NCBI GenBank assembly: GCA_043228905.1
Contig: JBHGNT010000007.1
Location: 15,128,001 to 15,192,000 of the forward strand
DNA: 64,000 nucleotides
Direction: 5' to 3'
Source: Azolla caroliniana
Taxonomy: Eukaryota > Plantae > Polypodiophyta
Shown: one piece after another, positions 38,623-49,095 of the stretch
Layout of the letters: every line of letters begins with the position of its first letter
Numbering within the stretch: the first letter of the stretch is position 1
Translations under genes and position numbers: made by a program
The notes under the pieces: model-generated
What the model was told of the DNA's origin: nothing
The model's input: only the letters and a program-made list of their open reading frames with translations
Database searches by the model: none

Positions 38623-41600
38623 TGGTATCAAAGCGCGAGGGTTGAGACTCCTCTATAGCTGACAAAAAAGCTTGTGATAAAGACAACGTTAACTTATTGT
38701 TTTTGGAAAGGATAAGACAACAATATGGACAAAGGAATGGGAAGCTTGCTACGGACTTAGAAGCTCAACAGAAGCAACTATGCATCTTGGTCATACAAGA
38801 TGCCCTAGTACCTGCTTAGTCATGGTTACTGGAGTTATGTCAAAGGAGTTAATGATACAACACCCAAATCGACACACAAAGATTTTTCAGCTTGGGAACA
38901 AGTGGCAAGTAGAGTTCTTTACTGCTTCGCATCCGGTGTGAGTGACCAACTCTTGATCTACATTCGGGATGCTAAGACACCAAAGGACGCGTTAGCGAAT
39001 CTTAAGGGGATTTTCACTGCTAGCATAACGGCCAAGAAGCAGCAACTCAACCAAGAGCTCAACAATGTCCGACAAAAAGATCTGTCTGTGGCCGATTACA
39101 CGGCCCGAATCAAGGAGATTTTTGACTCTCTCGCCTTGGTCAACGTGAACGTCGAGGAGGACGAAATGGTGCAGGTTTGTCTTGGAGGGTTAGCATCAAA
39201 GTTTCGAGCATTCCGAATGGCAGTCTGCACAAGGAGAATACACCTTCGTTCTATCAGCTTCAGTCGATGTTGCTCGTGGAGGAAAATCACCCGGGTGCGT
39301 CGACGAGTATGCACGCCGATGGTAGGATGTTGTACACGGAGTAAGATAGAACTCGTGGTCGTGGCGGACGATGTGGATCGGTGCGCAATGGAGGCGTCCG
39401 AAAAGAGCAGAACGTGCGGCATAATCGAAATGCTGGAAGCAATTCCGAACCCTCCGGAAGCAGGGGGAGTCATAGCGGCGTTGGAAGCCGGCAAGAGAAG
39501 ACCGCGACGGAATGCTGGTATTGTGGCAAGAAAGGCCATAGGGAGAGCAAGTGCTAGAAGAATAGAGCCAATTCAGACAAAGCCGGATCAAGTGGAAGAG
39601 ACGCACGAAGGCATCGGAAATCGCACTACGCCGAGGGCTCCGAATGAGCCGGAAATGGATCGGGCCTAGCCTTTGTAATGAAGCACAAGTCAATTTGATA
39701 GCCATGAACACCTCGAAATCAGGCGAGGTGTGGTATGTTGATTCCAGAGCGTTGACGAGTCATGAGGAATGTTTCTCGTACTTGGAGAAACCAAAAAAAC
39801 AAGGAGTGGTCGAAACAAGAGACAACAATCCACATACCATCGAACATGTCGGCGACGTTCCCCTCAGCCACGTCGGGCTGAAAGGGAAAGTCATGAACGT
39901 GTTGCACATCGTGACAATAACCCAGAACCTGGTGTCAGTCGGACAGATCCTCAACCAGGGGATGCAAGTTTGATTCACGCACCTCGGGTGCTACATCGAA
40001 GAGGAAGGCCAAGTCATCGCACAAGGGCGCCATGAAGGGAGGATGTTCATCCTCGACATAAACCAAGAAGAAATCTCATTGTTCGCGAAAGGAGTGAAGG
40101 TTGAATCGGATATTGACCGATGGCACAAGCGGGTTGACCATGTTAACTTCCCACAACTTCGTGAAATGTAGGTGACGGGCATTGTTTTTGGTTTGCCGAA
40201 ATTTCGTGGCCGGGATGGCCAAGTCTGCCAACAAGGGAAGCAACACTGATTTCCATTTCCAAACGAGCGTAATCGGAGTCGAAATCCACTCGATTTAATC
40301 CATTCAGATGTGTGGGAACCGGTACAGAACGTGATTCTCGGTGGATGCCGTTACTTCCTAACCTTCATCGATGACTTCAGTTGGTACACTTGGGCATGCT
40401 TGATCGCGAAAAAAAGTGAAGTCTTCGTATGGTTCCTGAAGGTGAAGAGCCTTGCAAAAGGGGAAACTGGGCGTAAGATCAAGTGCCTATGGTCTGATGG
40501 CGGGAAGGAGTACTTCTTCGACTAGCTCACAATTTATCTATAGAAGGAAGGGATTTGACGTGAATTCTCCTGTAGATACATGCCGCAACAAAATGGCATG
40601 GCTGAACAGAAGAATCGAACGATCGAAGAAGTTGTCAGGGCAATGCTTGAAGAGAAGCATATGCCGAAGCTTTACTGAGTTGAAGCTGTAGGGATGGTTG
40701 TTTACTTACAAAATCAGACCTCTGCTAATGGAGGAGTGTCGCCACATGAGTTGTATTACGGGAATAAGCTGAACTTGGCACACCTGAGGATTTTCGGCAG
40801 CATTGCGTATGTGCAAGTGCCGAAGGAGAAGAGGAGGAAGCTGGACGCCAAAGCCAAGAAGTGTATCTCAGTTGGCTATTCAGATGAGCAGAAGGGGTAT
40901 AAGTGTTATAACCCCCGAACAAAGGAAGTTCACGTAAGCCGAGATGTCGTGTTCGACGAGTCCATTTAGTGGTACTTGCCTTCACCTCCAATACCTCATG
41001 CCTCCATTCCGAATTCTTTACAAGAGGTTAGTGAGGCCGAGCTGACTCCGCGTGATGAGGAAATTGGAGCTCTAACAGAGAGTCCGATCTCATTTCGGCT
41101 AAGCGGGCCGAATGAGGGGTTGGGCCGAGATGGCCAACCAAATGAAGAGCCGGCGAGTAGTGGAGACTCGGTCGTGTTGTCCCCGCATAAAGTACTCAGG
41201 AGACGGTTTATGCGTAAAGGAAAAGGGAAGAAGAAAATGTTGGAATAAGGTTTCGGTAGTGCCGAGTCAGACCGGAGCAAATCTGACTTCGGGCCAATTG
41301 AGAAGGAACCTCCGCGGAAGAGGTCGAAATCGGCCGGAAAGGTCGTGAAATTGGGTAATCACGAATTATGCTGATCTACCCACCTGAAGAACCCCGTAAA
41401 AAGATATGGGTACACAATGAATACATGGCGCACCATTATGCATACATGACACGATTGGCGGAAGTGCGTGAGCCGGAGAGCTACGCAGAAGCGGCGAAAG
41501 ACGCGAATTGGCATGCCGCAATGGAGGAAGAGATGCATGCTTTAACGGACAACGAGACTTGGGACTTGGTTGACGCACCTAAAGGTGTAAAGCCAATCGG

Positions 41601-43416
41601 ATGCAGATGGGTGTTTAAGGTGAAATACAACATTGATGGCTATGTCAAACGATATAAGGCCCATTTGGTTGCAAAAGGCTATGCGTAGAAGCACGACGTA
41701 GATTACGACAAGGTGTTCGTGCCGGTCACGAAGATGACCACGGTGCGCGTTCTGCTAGCCATAGTAGCGGTGAAGGGGTAGCACTTACATCACATGGATG
41801 TAAAAAATGCATTCCTACAAGGCGATCTTGAGGAACATGTGTACATGTTACAACCCCCCAGATTTCTATCTGAACAGAACACTTCGGCAGTTTGGCGATT
41901 GAGGAAGGGGTTATACAGACTTAAACAAGCCCCGCGAGCTTGGAATGCAAGCAACACTTGCGTAGAATGGCGTTTACGACGTTCAAATCGGACTCTTCGT
42001 TGTTCGTTCGGCAAGGTCGACATGGACCGGTTTGTCTCTTACTTTATGGTGATGATTTAGTCATCGCTGGAGCCAACCTGGAAGAAATCGGCCACATAAA
42101 GTTTCAGCTTGTGGCATTGTTCAAAATGAAGGATCTTGGCGACCTTCACTACTTCCTCAGGATCGAAGCGATCCACACCCTCACAGGCATATTGATCAGC
42201 CAATGTCATTATGTGCTGAACATCCTCTTCAAGTTCGGGATGGTAGATTGTAAGCCCATCTCGACCCCTTTGGATAGAAATGTAAAGCTTCACATACATT
42301 CTGGAAAGGCATGTGACCCGACACGGTTCCGACAGATTGTCGGAAGCCTAATCTACTTGACGATCACACAGCCAGATCTCAATTACCCGGTCAGCTTGAT
42401 TAGTCAATTTATATCACAACCCACGACTGAACACTTTCAGTGCGTGCAAAAGATATTGCGATGTGCTAGCAGCACTAAAGACATGACGTTCGTGTATCGG
42501 GCAGGCGTAGCCGAACAATTAGTTAGCTACATGGATGCCGATTGGGCCAGAAATGCCCATGATCGTAGATCCACATCCGGATACGCATTCTCATTGGGAA
42601 GTGCGGTGATCGCGTGGAGTAGTAAGAACTAGCCGACAGTAACATTGTCGAGCACTGCGGCCGAATATCGAGGGGCAATTGTCGCTATGTGGAAAGTCAT
42701 TTGGTTGAAATGGCTATTACGAGATGTCCAATCCGACTATGATCGATTGCGACAACCTCAACAATATCCACCTTGTGAAAAACCCTATATTCCATGCCCA
42801 AACCAAGCACATTGAGATGCACTACCATTTTGTCCGTGAGCATGTCCTTTCTGGTGAATTCGAACTAGCGTATGTTCCCATGGGTCGGCAGATTGCTGAC
42901 ATCTTCACCAAGCCCCTTGGTCTCGACAAGTTGCGATGTTTCTCGGGTGAGTTGGGTTTGCGTCACCTCGACATGCCGAACTTGAGGGGGAGACAAGAAC
43001 AGGAACGTGAAAGGAGCAGTAGTGACCATGATGCCGAATCGGATGACGATTTCGATTTCGGGCCGGCTGAAGATCCCAAAGAAGTTGTCAAGGGCCTAAA
43101 GACAGAAGACGAATTGGAGACAACCAATTCGGATGTAAGTGGAAACGAGTCGGTAGTGACCGATCTAATCGAAATGTTCGATTCAGACATGTTGAATGAA
43201 CTAAGGGCCGAGTGGAGGAAAGGGCAGTTGAAGAGGCGCCAATACTGCAATAGCAAGGGAGCTGAGAAGGGCCACACGAGCAGACAAGCCGACCGAAAGG
43301 GTCGAGCCGCGTGGTATCGAACGGGTTGAGGAGCGCGAGCGAGTTGTAAAGCCAAGAGAAGCCGGAGCGAAGATTCGGAAGAGCGGATGGAACCTCAAGT
43401 TGAGCTTGAGGGGGAG

Positions 43417-43824
43417 TGTTGAGATACAAACTCAACATTGGGTGCATAAACTGGTGCGTAACCTAGTGCGTAGACTGGGTGCGTAAAACCGTATGCACAA
43501 CATGGCCGTAGTGGTGTGTAAACCGAGAGGCTATTAGAACGTTATTCCTCGTAAGAAATAATTCTGGGAGTTAGTGCAAAAGGCTCATTTATGAGCGGTC
43601 AAGTACTGTCAGTACTTGTGTCAACCCAAGAGTCAGGGCTTGTATGAAAGGTGCTCATTGAGCACGAAGTATGTACAGAGAATATACAAAGATTTATTTT
43701 TTAATATAATTTTGTTTTGTCTCACCCTCTCCTCTGTGATTTCTGCGTTTTACCGAATTGTCATACTTTCGAACTGTGTACTCTGTGTCTTATGCATATG
43801 CTTCCGCACACGTATTCTTTTACA
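43417..43824 (+). repeat. 3' LTR of Copia F
   Basis: Homologous to 38227-38622 with one extra GTGCGTA-type unit. Confidence 0.93.
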
Positions 43825-45299
43825 AAAAATAAAAGGGAATTTCCTTCTAGTTGGTCACACCCATGACCATATTGATTAGATGTGTAGTACATTCTCAAGG
43901 AAATTGTCTCATCATGAATTCTTTCACCTTACCAAGGTTGGTTCATATCATATCTGATGCATATACGCCATGTCCGATAGTGGTGCACCTAAAGGAGATT
44001 TATGAATTCAAAAGATTGATATCAGATGGTGGAGAGGGCAATTTTAAAGTGTTAGCCCAACTAAATAATATCAGTTTCAATCACATTTTCTTAATAAAGA
44101 GAAATGATTTAACTGATTCTACATTATTATATGCAACGCAGTATTTGTCTTCTCCATGTTGGGAGCCTGAATGTGGTTGTCAATTCTTGCTCCATATTCC
44201 ATCTGCTAGAGTTTATGGTGTAGAACAAATCCCAATTGAGACTAAAAAGGAATTGCATAGTCTAGTAGTAGATTAACAAAAGAGTATTTGGCTACAAGCC
44301 TTAAAAGATAAAAACAAGGCACATTGAAAATGCAAACAAGATATTCCCATGGTAGGATGACTTCTTCCTTGATCAAGAAAATATTATTGATAGTTGTGTT
44401 GCTAGTAGTTGGGCTTTAGAAATGCCATTTACATAGACTATACAACACTCAATTGGCTCACAAACGCTAGTTCATGCATGCAATATCAATGTAGAGAAAT
44501 TGCTTCATCCACAATAAAGAGATATTCACGTGGGACCAAGCTTATCAAAAACAACAAAATCTAGGTGCTAAGGAAATTTACAAGAACTGAAGGTTGATAT
44601 GTTAATTACTACTCCTGCAGATGTAAATGACCTTGGCCACCAATTCGGGATTGGTAAAGTATTCGATTTGGTGATGCGTGAAGACCAAAACTAGATCCAC
44701 GTGATAAAGGTGCATTGATATAACACTAGATGTAAAAATGCATTGATTGGGAAATATACTTTAAAGATGTTGGAATGTGCAAGGTCAAGGGGTAATAGAA
44801 AGCGGAAAAGAAATATCCGTAATACATCGACCCTGAACATTAATGAAGTGGATATTATTGTGTATGACTTTACATTGACAAAAGTTGGGCATTTCAGAAA
44901 GTCAACGGTAGATATAATCAAAGAAAAATTGCTTATTCTTCAAGGTGTCTTTGATCGAAGGAAAACAAGATCAACAACTCATGAATTAGAGTCACACAAT
45001 ATTGGTTTAGATGAAGATAATGCTTTGATTGGAACATCTGAAGATGAAGAAGATCAATCACCTTTGTATATTAGTTATAGTAGCGATGACAGCTTGTAAT
45101 ACAGTGAGAGATGTATATTTTTGCATATAGATGTAAAAAATTTATTTTTGTAACTCAAGTGATATAAAAGTTATATTTATTTTGATCCATAAACTCCTTC
45201 AATTGTTATTGTTCTCTATACAATTAGTTCTCATTTTCCAACACAAATATGTGATGTTGCTTTCGAATTTTTCCCAAATTTACATTTTTTTAATATTTT

Positions 45300-46000
45300 A
45301 AAATGGTGGAATTTTGAGCTTGTTATACATCTTTTTGAGAATATGTGATACTGGTATAAATGTGTTTCATGAAGTGGATGTAAAAACCACAAAAAATAGG
45401 GAATATTCCTTATCCTTCCATTTATGCGTGATCGTTCCACTTGTGAACGTGACTATGTTTACGAATATCATCAACAATAAAGTATATCGATTACAAGAGG
45501 GAATTTATTGACCTCTGGACTATGTGTATTCGACTATGTGGTGGAACGGAGGATGAATGGTTTAAGATGGACTGTTCCAAAGCAAGATTAAGTCCACACT
45601 TTGCATTGGAAGCAAATGTAAAGGATCCTACAACTTTAAAAGTGCTTGTCCAAAATTGTCAAGCCTATAATAGACAAATCCAAGTTCTACAAGCGAGAGA
45701 AAATTCAATAGATGCAACATTTAAATCTCCTATTCTTCAACAATCATCAATTATGCATGGATTCACTAATGTTTTTATGACATATCAACCTAATATTCCG
45801 GTAATGCAAGAAACAAATCACCTAAAGTGGAAGGAGGTTTCTCAGTGCAAGTTAATCAACGTCTTGATGAAATTACTCAACAAATCAGAAACATGCAAAC
45901 AAATTTTAATGTAAGTCAAACTCGTGATGCTCCAAGGCAAAGGAGAGTGATCTTGTGCCACACATGCGATGTTGAGGCACATATATCTACGTGATGTCCT
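45300..46000 (+). pseudogene. Possible decayed Gag fragment
   Basis: Zinc-knuckle-like CHTCDVEAHIST*CP near 45955-46000; the rest is weak. Confidence 0.35.
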
Positions 46001-47369
46001 TCACGACGACAAGATGATTGGGGACATATATCTACATGATGCATGTATCAAGATCGAAAGGATATTTCGACCCACTATTTCGGTAACCATTAAAAGTCTT
46101 TGAATTAAGGGTTCCTTAGTAGGTAGTAGTATTAGAATTGATCATAAATCTAATGTCATAATGAGTCAGATTGGAAATCCTAACTATCAAAAGTCCTGTA
46201 CCAAGGTAGACATAGGTGACAGAGGTTTGGCCTCTCGTTATTGAGTTATAGAGGAAAAGCTTAAAATCCTATATCACATGTCCTGTATCACATGTGCTCA
46301 AAGACTCAATGGAAAAGCTTAAAATCTGACCATGTCATAAAATTGAAAATTCACAAAATTAGGCAAATGTCACAAATTTACGTCATATTTTTTAAAGTAA
46401 AATTAATAACTCATGTTTTTTATAACAAACAAGATTCACAAGCAACAATTGATTTAAAAACAATTAACCTTTATATCAGTCAAGTTCTTACAAGCTTATA
46501 TTGTTAACCGTTCATGCCAACAATATAATCAAGAGTTATTACTCTCATAAGAATCACTTAGCTATAGAGCCTACTATACAATGGCGACTAATCCTCCTCA
46601 TTAGATGTACCAATCAAAGCATTGTCTTTATCTAAAAGCAAAATTAACTACATATCACAATCCAGTTCGTCCTATAACTATCACATGGATTACAATAAAG
46701 TGTGCTCACACACTTTTTTCATACATCTTGCTTTTCTCCATAAGCACATGTTGAGCTTGATTGTCAACACACTTCCATGAATCAATGCAGTTTTATCTCC
46801 CATTGATGTCATTAGCTTTGACTCCGGACCAACGTATGCCCATTTGGTGGTGAACCAGGTGAAAGTGGTTGTCAAGCACCTTCAAGAAACTAGCTTACTT
46901 AGCTTCAATGATTAATGCTTAATCTCTCTCTCTCACTCTCTCTCGCTTTACTTTCTCTTACACATAAACAAGAATGTAGGAAGAAGAAAATATAAATTAT
47001 TAATACCACTTCTTCTTATGTAGAGGTTTAGCACCATACAAGAGGAGATTAGGGTTCGGTTTACTTCGCTCTTAACCCTAATCTTTCTTAAGTCTAATGA
47101 AGGATTAATGAAATTTTTTTGTATTTACATCGAGAATTCTTTATGGTACATGTGGTTTAGAAGCTCATTCTTCAGAACTAACTAGAGTTTCAGTTGTCAC
47201 TATATTGTCGCCAAAACCAAGAAGTTCTTTTAGACGATTTACATGGAAAACTAGATGGATTTCAACGCCATCAATAAGAGTGAGACCATAGGTTGAAGAA
47301 CCAATGTATTTATTTGAGGATGTTAAAAGGTCCACAAAACTATGGGGCTAACTTAGCACACTTACCCAT

Positions 47370-47659
47370 TGTCATAACTAGACTCGAACCCATAACCTTT
47401 TGTTACACGGGTCGAGACTTTACCATTAGGTTATGAATTGTAATTTGAAGGATATTATTTTCATTTAGGTTTTATTGGGAAATTGATGTATATTCCAGAT
47501 TTCTCTGGAACATTCTAGAAACTTCAGGAGTATTCCTGAAGACACTATAAAAGGAGGCGCAAGGCATTAGTTCGAACCAAATCGGTTCAACGCCAGTCTT
47601 AAGCCTTCTAACTACTGTTGTATATCTTCCTTCATATAATACATATATCTTTCGCATCA

Positions 47660-47697
<38 letters not shown>

Positions 47698-47830
47698 ACT
47701 CATTCCTTCTCTCAAAGTTCGACACCTCTCATAGTACTAATCCTTCTCTGTCTTAGTACTATTCCCCAACAATAGTACTAATCCTTCTTTTAGTACTAAT
47801 TCCTTCTCTGCCTTAATAGAGTTCCTGACA
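47370..47830 (+). repeat. 5' LTR of element E
   Basis: TGTCA...TGACA; (CT)14 and four AGTACT-core repeats in R/U5. Confidence 0.97.
47507..47552 (+). promoter_or_regulatory. Heat-shock element array plus TATA box (copy at 52809-52854)
   Basis: gGAAc aTTCt aGAAa cTTCa gGAGt aTTCc tGAAg, then TATAAAA at 47546. Confidence 0.8.
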
Positions 47831-47832
47831 GT

Positions 47833-47844
47833 TTGAATCGATTT
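47833..47844 (+). promoter_or_regulatory. Non-tRNA (self-priming) primer binding site
   Basis: TTGAATCGATTT is complementary to AAATCGGTTCAA (47579-47590) with one G-U pair. Confidence 0.75.
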
Positions 47845-47931
47845 TTGGGTGCCTGTCTGGTCTTTTCTCTCCCTCTTCCTTCTGTCTCCCTCCTTTCCTA
47901 CTAGTCTCTTATTTCCCTTTTCCTTCATCCC

Positions 47932-49095
47932 ATGGCCACCGTTAGCGCTGAAGAGTATCAATCCGTTTTCTCGGAATTTCAATGCTTGAAAGAGAAGTTT
48001 CATGCTTTGGAACAAGAAAATCAACGCTTGTTGGGGGATCTTCAGCAAATTTCCTTAGAAAAGCAGCAAACGCAACAACAGCATGGGGAACTTGCGTTAC
48101 GCGTGCAACAACTCGAAGCAACCATCGTAGCAATGCAACAACAAGGGCACGGAGCACAAGGGATTCATAAAGAACCCAAGATTGGCCTTCCCACGAAGTT
48201 CGATGGAACGCGATCGCAGTTTAGAGGGTTTCTTAACCAGGTACGGTTAGTTATTCAAATGCATCCGTCCCGATATCCCACCGATGCATCACGAGTGGGT
48301 TTAGTAGGCACGTTGTTAAATGGCTCAGCATTAGCATGGTTCGCTCCGCTACTAGAAAAGGAATCTCCAGTACTAAATAATTTTGAAGAATTCATAAGTG
48401 AGTTTAAAGCATGTTTTGGAGATACTGACAGCATAAGGACTGCAATCAACAAAATCCGGCGATTACGCCAAGGTGACCGTCCAGCCTCCGTATATGCTGC
48501 AGATTTCCGTCTACTCGCCGCCGATATCCCCTGGGATGATCAAGCATTGATGGAGCAGTTCCGCTATGGTCTACGCAACGATGTCAAGGATTTACTCTTG
48601 ACTTTCCCTGAAGAGCCAAAATCATTAACAGAAGCAATCAGTCGAGCGGTCAGATGTGACAACCGCCTCTTCGAGCGACGTTCGGAACGACAATTTCAGA
48701 TGCCGAGGGCAAGATCCGAGCCTACCTATGCCTCAGTGGTAGCGAAACCTTTTCAAAGGGAGTCACATAATGCGCCTCCAGTAAGTACTCCAACTCCAAT
48801 GGAAATTGACACTACACGTCGTCGTGGGCCGCTATCGGAGGAGGAAAAGCAACGACGCCGAACAAACCGATTATGCCTTTATTGCGGTGGACCAGGGCAT
48901 ATCGCGATAAACTGTCCCCATAGACCAAGAAGGCAGGTAAACCAAGTCGTTGTTAGTTCTGACTATACTAAACCCGAGTCTATTTCAGTAGGAATCTCTG
49001 ATAGTCCTCATAGTCATAATAGTCCTAATAGTAGTCCGAATCTCGCAAACAAATTTGATGTCCTTAGCCAATTAGAAGAAGAGTTAAACGACTAA
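47932..49095 (+). CDS. gag: Gag (coiled coil, capsid, CCHC knuckle)
   Basis: 387-aa ORF; LPTKFDGTRSQFRGFLNQ, LRQG..ASVYAADF, PTPMEID, CLYCGGPGHIAINC. Confidence 0.95.
   Translation: MATVSAEEYQSVFSEFQCLKEKFHALEQENQRLLGDLQQISLEKQQTQQQHGELALRVQQLEATIVAMQQQGHGAQGIHKEPKIGLPTKFDGTRSQFRGFLNQVRLVIQMHPSRYPTDASRVGLVGTLLNGSALAWFAPLLEKESPVLNNFEEFISEFKACFGDTDSIRTAINKIRRLRQGDRPASVYAADFRLLAADIPWDDQALMEQFRYGLRNDVKDLLLTFPEEPKSLTEAISRAVRCDNRLFERRSERQFQMPRARSEPTYASVVAKPFQRESHNAPPVSTPTPMEIDTTRRRGPLSEEEKQRRRTNRLCLYCGGPGHIAINCPHRPRRQVNQVVVSSDYTKPESISVGISDSPHSHNSPNSSPNLANKFDVLSQLEEELND

Larger units (their letters stand above)
38227..43824 (+). mobile_element. Copia F, full-length but decayed (B-family relative)
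   Basis: LTRs 38227-38622 and 43417-43824; PBS TGGTATCAAAGC 38623-38634; PPT 43406-43416; TSD GAAAA/AAAAA (1 mismatch); gag-PR-IN-RT-RH fragments 38725-43422. Confidence 0.95.
37230..45099 (+). pseudogene. Decayed Sola1-like / DUF7869-type transposase (copy 2), split by Copia F (about 37230-38226 plus 43830-45099)
   Basis: WMKNHF..VMP..LHL, FTRVWTTQF..CSIC, INDMD, LYVQLDNIVREKKN. Removing F restores GVFRK|IKGNFLLVGHTHDHID in frame. Confidence 0.8.

Noticed and set aside
47377-47434. Functional tRNA genes here and at 55353, 62959 and 54754
   Set aside because: Only A/B-box-like motifs are present; acceptor and anticodon stems do not pair.
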